Shown here in pieces: positions 1 through 7,410 of a stretch of 64,000 bases of DNA. Position 1 is the stretch's first letter; each line of letters opens with the position of its first letter. The notes beneath the pieces were generated by a model. It had not been told where the DNA came from, searched no databases, and saw nothing but the letters and a program-made list of their open reading frames with translations. This DNA comes from Mycoavidus cysteinexigens (GTDB lineage: Bacteria; Pseudomonadota; Gammaproteobacteria; Burkholderiales; Burkholderiaceae): assembly GCA_031963225.1 (NCBI GenBank), contig JASSUD010000001.1:23942-87941 (forward strand), written 5' to 3'. The position numbers were made by a program, and so were the translations under genes.

Positions 1-112
1 CAGAGACTTGGTGTGCTCGCTCAGCTTGATAAAGCTGCAAAAAAGCGCTGAAGGCCTTGCCACTCAACGTTTTTCTCTAGTTAAAAGTGCTGCGCATGCC
101 AAGAAAATTATC

Positions 113-442
113 TTATTAACTGATGTTACGCACGCATTCAAAAAGACTGTGGTGTGCATGTTGGGGTTCCTCTGTCACCACCAACCTACGCGTCAATGTA
201 GGTTGGTGGTGAGGTACGAACCCCATGCGCGCTAACTTAAGCCAAAGACCAGAACATATTGTCGCTAAACTGTACAAAAAGTTAAGCGAAAAAAGGGGAT
301 TTTTTCCATGAACAGGCTATCTTTTGGCTTAAGTTAGCGCGCATGGGTACGAACCCCAACATGCATACCACTTACTTTTAATCTTTGCGCTCTGCCGATC
401 AATAACTCGCCGTTCTACAGCATGCGTAACATCAGTTATTAA
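113..442. repeat. Composite REP/MITE-like element (outer inverted termini, inner REP hairpin units, nested MITE)
   Basis: Outer termini TTATTAACTGATGTTACGCA (113-132) and TGCGTAACATCAGTTATTAA (423-442) are inverted. Forward REP unit GGTGTGCATGTTGGGGTTCC..CACCACCAACCTAC at 151-189. The reverse unit starts at 198 and is split by a 118-bp insert. Confidence 0.8.
226..343. mobile_element. 118-bp MITE-like insert nested inside a REP unit (copy 1)
   Basis: About 22-bp inverted termini TGCGCGCTAACTTAAGCCAAAGA. Flanked by direct repeat GGTACGAACCCCA (213-225 and 346-358). A near-identical copy lies at 10941-11058. Confidence 0.75.
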
Positions 443-483
443 AATTTAGAAATAGCAAAAAACACAACGCCCCATAAAAATGA

Positions 484-554
484 TGCATTCATAAAAAGCC
501 CCCATCGAAGTTAGGCATAGCATGCAACTTCGATGGGGGCTTTTTATGAATGCA
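484..554. terminator. Long perfect hairpin, candidate bidirectional terminator
   Basis: TGCATTCATAAAAAGCCCCCATCGAAGTT / AACTTCGATGGGGGCTTTTTATGAATGCA arms around a 13-nt loop. The GC-rich core is flanked by A-run and T-run. Confidence 0.6.
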
Positions 555-741
555 TATAGCGCGCAATGCAGGCTACCAGCATCTAAGATGGCTTGGTGCT
601 ACCAGGCTCACACAACAGCATGGCAGCGGGTTGCTGATTGCTTGATTATTATTAAAACGGATTCTTAATATTTTTTGAAGATGCACACCGTTGGCACGGT
701 GTATATCTGCTGCAAAAAAATAGACAATAAAAGGAAATAAA

Positions 742-3700
742 ATGCTGACAGGTACATTTGCTGCAAAGACAAAATCACAAGGTGTATCTCGACAGCAAGA
801 CACCAGCCATTACCCTGCCACAGTAAAAGTAGAAACCTTGCTGCAGTATGCGGATGCAATGCGTGCCAATAATATTGTGCTAGCAACCCAATACGCAAAA
901 GATGCATTGGATTGCGCCCGGTCGCTGCCCCAGAGCTCTCAGGCTGCGCTAGAGGCGATCTATACACGGTATAGCGATTTATTCCAAAGGCTAAACTTAC
1001 CTCAACCAACTGCTTCTGCATCCTCCTCTTCGAGCGGTACCCCTGCAGTCTCTAGACCAAAGCGCGACCCAGCGAGAGCAAAAGTATCTGCGGCGCCCAC
1101 AGACCATATAGCTTCTACTAGCCACTCAGCAAAGCCTAGCGACCTAAAAAAACAGCCTCCCCCTTTTTCTGCTCTCCCTGAGAAATACGCTACGCTGCCG
1201 CCTCCTTACCTAGCTAAAATGCCCACCGTAGCATCAGCTGCTTTAAGCAAAGGGCAGCGGTATCTTGGTAAAGGCGACGCCTATGTTTTACACGGTGAAT
1301 TTGATAAAGCGCGCAGCGCCTATATGCAAGCCGCTATTTATGCCGATACGAAAGCGCAAGCACATCAAAAATTACGTACTTTACCCACCCAAGCAGAACC
1401 TCTAACCGATATATCGGTCACTTCTCGCCTATTAGGGGACTGGTTTAAAAATACGCGCGCACAGGTAATAAACCACTTTAAGCAATATGAACAAGAAAGA
1501 GGGGTACCTCATTGCTTTGACTTAGATACTTCGATTTTCAAAGCGCAGACAGCCTCTTACAGTGAAGCCCATTCGCTGTCTGATATTAAAAATATGCAGC
1601 AGGTAGCGCAATGCTACAACGCACTCCTACTTCCTGCACACCCAGAAAAATTACGGCTCCAAAGTGAGGTATATGCAATAGCACGCCATGCTATTCAAGC
1701 CTTTAGTACATCGACCTTACATGACGCCAGCGAAGTAGCCGAAATTATCCATATAGGCGCGCTAGCCGATCCTGGCCTATATTTCGCTCTAGCCAATAGC
1801 ATGGCAAATGCATTGGATCCAGTTAAAAATCCCATTATGAATAACTGGGTTGCACAAGGCCTAGCTGTAGCCATTCGTAACTATCCATTTGAAATATATC
1901 GCAATGCTTCTGGCTTAGAAAATCTACGCAGGCTGATCGATATTATTCCACCACTCTATGCACGCCTACACCATACTCATATAGAAAAAAATGCGACCCA
2001 GTTACAAATAGCCCTCGCTCCGTTAACTGAATTATTTGATCTTCTAGTGCTAGCAGGAGTCAGCGGCATCGATAAAATGCTGCATACGAATCTAGATAAA
2101 TTATTAGATACCCTAATTGAATATGCAGACCGCAGCTCTGCCTATGATGCACTCGGCCATCAAGCACGCTACACTCAACAAGCACTGGCGCATATTGGAA
2201 ATAATGAAACACTGAAAGAAGCCGTTGCAGGGGGTACGTTTCAATTAGGCGTGGCAATATCTACTTTAGTAAGTGGCATTATTAAACTAGATCCCAGTAA
2301 CTTACCTAAGATCTATCAAAATATAAAAGCACTCATACCTGGCACACTCGCAGATCCTTGGTATATGGCAGCGCGCTATGCCGAAGCATTAGTAAAAACA
2401 CAAGAATGGACGCTTTTTGAGCTATTTGTTAGAAAAAATGAATACGCAACCCATCCCCATTTCTTAAGGAAAATCTGCCTATTATTAGAAGAAATAGCAC
2501 TCACACACCCAAAGGCTAGTGACGGCGCTCAACGCTTATTGACTGAAATCCAAGATACAAAATACTGGGGCAATAATAAAACCGTGCAAAACAGCGCCAC
2601 CCAAGCGCTGATGCGAGTACAAAAACACCTAATACACTCCTTGCAATCCCAACAGGAGGCGAGGGTACCTACGGCTATGCTGGCGGTATGGGATGCATTT
2701 TGGAAAACCCCCTCCACCAATTTATTTTTGACACAAGCCAAATCTGCCCAGCAACAGCTCCAAAACCTACAACAAAAAGCGCCTTCTACCCAATCTGCGC
2801 TGAACGCAACCCAGCTAAAAAACATCCACGCGCAACATTTACAAAGCGCGGGCGACATTCAAGAAGCACAAGCGCTATATGTTCCACTACAAGGCTATAC
2901 CCAAGGGCAAACCGCGCAAGCACAAGATTTGCAAGTATTAGTAGAAACGTTTTTTAAATCCAACAAAAAAGTACTACTACTATTAGGCGCAGCAGGAACC
3001 GGCAAATCCACCTTCAATCGCTACCTAGCCCAAAAAAAACTAGAAGCACACACCGAACTCCAGGACCCAAACCAACCCTTAGTCATATTTATTGAATTAA
3101 GAAACAGCAAAGACCCCCATCGAGACGCCATTAAAAGCTTCCTAAAAGGGCAGGGCTTCACTTCCAAACAAATTCAACAACTACGCACCCAGCAACGCTG
3201 CATCTTTATTTTTGATGGCTACGACGAAATCAAAGAGCGCAATCGTAATTTCTACGCACTCAATGATTTAGCCTCCTGGCCCAACGCCCAATTCATCATA
3301 ACCAGCCGCCCCGAATACCTAGGAATAGGCTACCAACAATATTTTCACCCCGCAGGCAGCCCTGAGCTCTTGCAAGAATGCACCATCGCACCACTTTCCA
3401 AAGCCAGCCAAGCAAGCTACATCGAAAAATACATCGCCCACCACGCTAGCGCATGGAAACTAGATCAATACCAAGAAGCCTTAGCACAACTAGACGCACT
3501 AGAAAAAGAACTAGATCGCCCCGTCGTGCTACGCATGATCCTGCAAGTCTTGCCGCAACTCAACGCCTCATCTAAGCTAACGCTAGGGCAAGTATATGAA
3601 GCCTACCTAACACAATGGTGGGAACGCGCCCATGCCCGCCTAGCTCAAGTTGGCCTCACCGCCCAAGAAGAAGCCGCCAAAATCCTACTAGCCGAAAAAT

Positions 3701-6612
3701 CCGACGACTTCACCCAACACGGCCTCGAATACAGCCAAGACTGCGCCACAGCATTAACCAAAGACGAATTAACCGTAGCACAACGCAGTCCAGAATTTGA
3801 GGGCGCCTACCCCGACACCTACCGAGCCTTCTTCGGAAATGACGAAAAAGCAAGACTCCTACTACTAAACGCCCCCCTGCAACAAGGCGCAGACAAACGC
3901 TACCAATTCACCCATAAATCTATCCAAGAATACCTAGTAGCCCGAGCCATAGTAGAACAAAGCCGAACCAAAGGCTGGAACAAAACCATGCACCGCTCTA
4001 CTACTGCTGTGGTAGAGCCTAAAGTAGACATGTACATGAACCAGCTCAATTTAATAGAGAATCCAGTCATTTTGGATTTTCTAGTAGAGCCGCTCAAGCA
4101 AGACCCTTACTTCAAAAAGCAGGTGTGGAACTGGATACTGGCATCTAGGGTTGAGACCGAGCAGCAGACAGAAGAGCTAACCGAAGAATTTGCGCTTAGT
4201 GCACGTCAGACGCGCATTAAAAAATCACCATTCAGACAAGGTGCTGCTAACGCAGCTACTTTATTGGCAAGAGCAAGAGAATCTTTTAGTGGTAAAGATC
4301 TAAGTGGAGTTCAAATTCCTGGAGCAGATTTAAATAATGGGGTATTTGATAATACTAATTTCACACGCGCCAATTTAGAGAATGTGATTTTTGTAAATGC
4401 ATGGCTGCGCCGTGCAACGTTTGATAAGGCGCAAATGCGAGGGGTGCAGTTTGGTCAGGCTGTTTCTATGTTTGATACGCCAGAAGAAGAGATAAGCCAA
4501 CTAACACCTTATTTCTCCCACAATGAGCTTTATTATTTATTTGCAGAAAATAATCGTATACAGTGCTTTGACAGAGTTCAAAATTACAAAGAAAACGAGT
4601 CAATTCTGGATGACTTTGCAGAAGTCAGCGCTAATACACCACCTATTGCTATGTCTCTCAATAGTGAAAAAATTCTCTTTGTAGGGAAAAATGGGTCTCT
4701 TGAGCACTGGTCATTAGTAGAAAAAGAGCGTGCCACTTCTTTTTATCATACAGACTATATTAACCATATAGCGCTTTGTGAAACCGGCAAATTTGCTGCG
4801 TCTGCAGGCGAGATAGCGCTGAATAAAAAAAGCAAACCTGCTATCACAATAGAAAATAAATACTTTGTTAAAGTTTGGTCAGAAGAAAAAGCAGACAAGT
4901 CTATTTTGGCATTTGAAAGTAGTAACTGTATTACTAGCTTAGCGCTTTGTGCAAAGCTTTCGATTGTCGCTTTTAGCACAAAAAACGAAACCACCATCCA
5001 AGTTCGCTCTTGGGATTCAAATATAGTCTATGAACTCAATAACGAAGCTCAAGTGCGCAGCCTTCTAATTTCAAAAAATGGTAAATGGATTATCGCTGGA
5101 AATGAAAATGGCACGATACATGTTTGGTCTGTGCTAACTAGAAAGCGAGAGCATATATTATCAGGACATATCAAATCAGTTTTAACTCTCGCCATCTTAG
5201 AACAAGATGAGATTCTTGCCTCTGGAGGAGAAGACCAGACAGTTAATTTATGGTACTTGCCTGCAGGTCAATATATATATACATTTACAGGACACACCTA
5301 TCCATTAGAGCGCGTTTCCTTTTCAGAAAATGGACGAAATCTATATTCTATTAGTAAAAAAAGAGTCTATGATAGAGAGAGTGTTAGTGAGTGGCAAAGC
5401 GAAAATAATCAGCTTAAAGAGCAGCCTTATACAGTTAAAAATTGGCGGCTTAATGATATAGATATAAATTTTTCTTCATCTAAAATGTTACAGCATATGC
5501 GATTTGGAATGCTGTCGCCGGATGGGAAATGGATTGCTAGCGCAGATTCAAATAATAATATTTGGCTAAATAAAACAGACCTATCTTCTTCTCAAAAAAT
5601 AGGAACTATAAAAGCACGCAGTGCCCCTATAGAATTTTCATCAGATGCAAAATGGTGTGTGTGGCATGATGAATCATATGATATTGTTTGTTACTCACTA
5701 GAGCGTGCGCGTGTTGAGCATAAATTTAATATTGGACGTCGCTGCAAAATACAGTTTTACCAAGATAATAAAAAAATTAGAGTATTAGAGTGTAAAAAAG
5801 ATAGCTATGATCTATATTCATTTTCCTTAGAGGAAAGGCAAAAATCTCATCTTATTTTTGAACAGACAATCCCTGAGAGTGAAATTGGGTATGTGGAAGC
5901 ATTTTCGTCGAATGCAGAATATCTTTTTTCTACTGAGACTGGTAATGATATTAGACAATGGTCAATTAAAGATCGTGAAATGAAAGTTTTATATTCTCGT
6001 CCGCGCTACAAAAATAGCGATGCATCTAAGATAAAAGTAAAAATTCCTGAAATAGAGCATGGAATTTTTGTTATAAATATAACTCCTTCTCAAAATGCAA
6101 AATGGTTAGCGTTTACAAACGATATATATGATAGTGAAGAGCCTTCTGGAGCAATTGTAAAAGTATGGCTATATTCTTTAGAGAGTAAAAATAAAGGAGT
6201 GGAAAATTTAAAATATTGTTTTGCTACGGATGTCCCACAAAATATTCAATTTACATTCTCACCTGACGAAAAATGGCTTGCGGTTAGTGAACAGAGTCGA
6301 TTGGTACTGCATCCAATTGCCTCCAAAGGGCAGCGAAAAATTATTGAGCATGGTCTAACAGAAGAAATTGAACAGATTATTTGGCAGGCAGACAAAATTC
6401 TAACTTTTGGAAAATATGGTAATGCACGTCTCTGGCAAATAGTATATAGCAACGATTCACCTGAAATAAATGACATTCGCCTAATATGGTCCTTGCCACA
6501 TTCTACATGGACACTAGAGCAAGCATCGATTTCTAAAACGGTTGGATTAGGTGCCCTTAACACTAAGCTTTTTGAAGAATTTGGTGTTCAGGATAAGATT
6601 ATAGAATTGTAA
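742..6612 (+). CDS. Giant STAND/NLR-like NTPase: helical N-region, NACHT NTPase, pentapeptide repeats, WD40/beta-propeller repeats (1956 aa)
   Basis: Uninterrupted ORF with AAGGAAA upstream of the ATG. Walker A GAAGTGKST, Walker B CIFIFDGYDE and NACHT-type IITSRPE lie at nt ~2960-3320. Pentapeptide run ADLNN GVFDN TNFTR ANLEN VIFVN AWLRR ATFDK at nt ~4290-4460. WD40 units NGTIHVWS, GHIKSVLTL..GGEDQTVNLW and GHTYPLERVSFSENG at nt ~5040-5350. Confidence 0.9.
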   Translation: MLTGTFAAKTKSQGVSRQQDTSHYPATVKVETLLQYADAMRANNIVLATQYAKDALDCARSLPQSSQAALEAIYTRYSDLFQRLNLPQPTASASSSSSGTPAVSRPKRDPARAKVSAAPTDHIASTSHSAKPSDLKKQPPPFSALPEKYATLPPPYLAKMPTVASAALSKGQRYLGKGDAYVLHGEFDKARSAYMQAAIYADTKAQAHQKLRTLPTQAEPLTDISVTSRLLGDWFKNTRAQVINHFKQYEQERGVPHCFDLDTSIFKAQTASYSEAHSLSDIKNMQQVAQCYNALLLPAHPEKLRLQSEVYAIARHAIQAFSTSTLHDASEVAEIIHIGALADPGLYFALANSMANALDPVKNPIMNNWVAQGLAVAIRNYPFEIYRNASGLENLRRLIDIIPPLYARLHHTHIEKNATQLQIALAPLTELFDLLVLAGVSGIDKMLHTNLDKLLDTLIEYADRSSAYDALGHQARYTQQALAHIGNNETLKEAVAGGTFQLGVAISTLVSGIIKLDPSNLPKIYQNIKALIPGTLADPWYMAARYAEALVKTQEWTLFELFVRKNEYATHPHFLRKICLLLEEIALTHPKASDGAQRLLTEIQDTKYWGNNKTVQNSATQALMRVQKHLIHSLQSQQEARVPTAMLAVWDAFWKTPSTNLFLTQAKSAQQQLQNLQQKAPSTQSALNATQLKNIHAQHLQSAGDIQEAQALYVPLQGYTQGQTAQAQDLQVLVETFFKSNKKVLLLLGAAGTGKSTFNRYLAQKKLEAHTELQDPNQPLVIFIELRNSKDPHRDAIKSFLKGQGFTSKQIQQLRTQQRCIFIFDGYDEIKERNRNFYALNDLASWPNAQFIITSRPEYLGIGYQQYFHPAGSPELLQECTIAPLSKASQASYIEKYIAHHASAWKLDQYQEALAQLDALEKELDRPVVLRMILQVLPQLNASSKLTLGQVYEAYLTQWWERAHARLAQVGLTAQEEAAKILLAEKSDDFTQHGLEYSQDCATALTKDELTVAQRSPEFEGAYPDTYRAFFGNDEKARLLLLNAPLQQGADKRYQFTHKSIQEYLVARAIVEQSRTKGWNKTMHRSTTAVVEPKVDMYMNQLNLIENPVILDFLVEPLKQDPYFKKQVWNWILASRVETEQQTEELTEEFALSARQTRIKKSPFRQGAANAATLLARARESFSGKDLSGVQIPGADLNNGVFDNTNFTRANLENVIFVNAWLRRATFDKAQMRGVQFGQAVSMFDTPEEEISQLTPYFSHNELYYLFAENNRIQCFDRVQNYKENESILDDFAEVSANTPPIAMSLNSEKILFVGKNGSLEHWSLVEKERATSFYHTDYINHIALCETGKFAASAGEIALNKKSKPAITIENKYFVKVWSEEKADKSILAFESSNCITSLALCAKLSIVAFSTKNETTIQVRSWDSNIVYELNNEAQVRSLLISKNGKWIIAGNENGTIHVWSVLTRKREHILSGHIKSVLTLAILEQDEILASGGEDQTVNLWYLPAGQYIYTFTGHTYPLERVSFSENGRNLYSISKKRVYDRESVSEWQSENNQLKEQPYTVKNWRLNDIDINFSSSKMLQHMRFGMLSPDGKWIASADSNNNIWLNKTDLSSSQKIGTIKARSAPIEFSSDAKWCVWHDESYDIVCYSLERARVEHKFNIGRRCKIQFYQDNKKIRVLECKKDSYDLYSFSLEERQKSHLIFEQTIPESEIGYVEAFSSNAEYLFSTETGNDIRQWSIKDREMKVLYSRPRYKNSDASKIKVKIPEIEHGIFVINITPSQNAKWLAFTNDIYDSEEPSGAIVKVWLYSLESKNKGVENLKYCFATDVPQNIQFTFSPDEKWLAVSEQSRLVLHPIASKGQRKIIEHGLTEEIEQIIWQADKILTFGKYGNARLWQIVYSNDSPEINDIRLIWSLPHSTWTLEQASISKTVGLGALNTKLFEEFGVQDKIIEL

Positions 6613-6665
6613 ATATAAAAATATCATTTTCATTTCAAAGGCATGATATTTTATTATTATTTTGA

Positions 6666-7025
6666 TTAGTAATCATTTTTTCCGCTTCGAGTAAAGAAAC
6701 CTGGTTGCCCCCATTTTTCTTCTGTTTGTATCGGTAGTTGGGTTTCACTTTTTTCAGTGTGATTTATTTTTCTATTTGAAGAAAAGCTTCTGGAAACACC
6801 TTTTTTATTGAATTTTTCGGAAGTAGATTCTTTATTGATATTAATCTTCAATGATTTGGTTATGGTTGTTATGCCTTCATGAAGTGAGGATTTAAGTTTA
6901 CTGAAATTGCCAAATATTCCATTATTAGAGTTCAGTTTCTGAAGTCCATTTTTTTTTTGAGGCTGGAGTGTGGGTAAATTATCGATGCTTTTTTTAGGAC
7001 CTACTTCCCTATGTGTTTTAAACAT
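6666..7025 (-). CDS. Hypothetical small basic, low-complexity protein (119 aa)
   Basis: The internal ATG at 7025 is preceded by AAGAGG (spacing 6), so it is preferred over the track start 7094. Very AT-rich. No recognisable domain. The coding strand contains an A10 tract (6949-6958). Confidence 0.4.
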   Translation of the reverse strand: MFKTHREVGPKKSIDNLPTLQPQKKNGLQKLNSNNGIFGNFSKLKSSLHEGITTITKSLKININKESTSEKFNKKGVSRSFSSNRKINHTEKSETQLPIQTEEKWGQPGFFTRSGKNDY

Positions 7026-7300
7026 GCTGCACCTCTTTTGCCTATAAAAATTATTAAATTTTAATTGCCTAACACCGAGGCCTTTACGGATCATTAAACG
7101 ATAAAAATATATTTGATTTTTTTTAAAAACGAAATCTATAGGAATAAAACGAAGTTACGGGGCAGTTTGAATTTTCTGAATACAAGTTAGGAGTATCAAG
7201 CTTATGATTTTTTAGCTGGAGGCTGAGATGGCAGTGGATAAATTTCAGGAACTTAAAATTGATCTACCAAAAAGCTTCAAAAATATAGTTGCCGCTTGCT

Positions 7301-7357
7301 AAAAACTAAGGGTATGAACGGATTGGTCTGTAAGACCTATCTGCGTTATATATGCGC
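7301..7357 (+). promoter_or_regulatory. Island promoter-like box, copy 1
   Basis: AAAAACTAAGGGTATGAACGGATTGGTCTGTAAGACCTATCTGCGTTATATATGC. TTGGTC (7323-7328), 17 nt, TTATAT (7346-7351) resembles sigma70 -35/-10. Lies about 60 nt upstream of the 7411 start. Four related copies elsewhere. Confidence 0.55.
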
Positions 7358-7410
7358 GTTATTACTCATAAGATGCTTGCAAAAAAGATGCATAAAAAGA
7401 GAGAGGCGCT

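Noticed and set aside
1-51. Possible 3' end of a plus-strand gene entering from the left (..QRLGVLAQLDKAAKKR-stop)
   Set aside because: Only 16 codons are visible, which is too short to support a call.
8-235. Track ORFs that run through REP units (8-235, 14223-14495, 27550-27897, 44840-45043, 53669-53959, and the N-terminal part of 53487-53804)
   Set aside because: Their sequence is largely the repeated hairpin element (..CMLGFL..HHQPT.. and similar). They lack RBSs, and the same peptides recur wherever the repeat occurs. They are repeat-derived, not genes.
7229-7303. 24-codon ORF (MAVDKFQELKIDLPKSFKNIVAAC) with a GGAGG RBS just upstream of promoter-like box 1
   Set aside because: It is too short to evaluate, and it is not repeated at the other boxes. 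It may be chance or a remnant.
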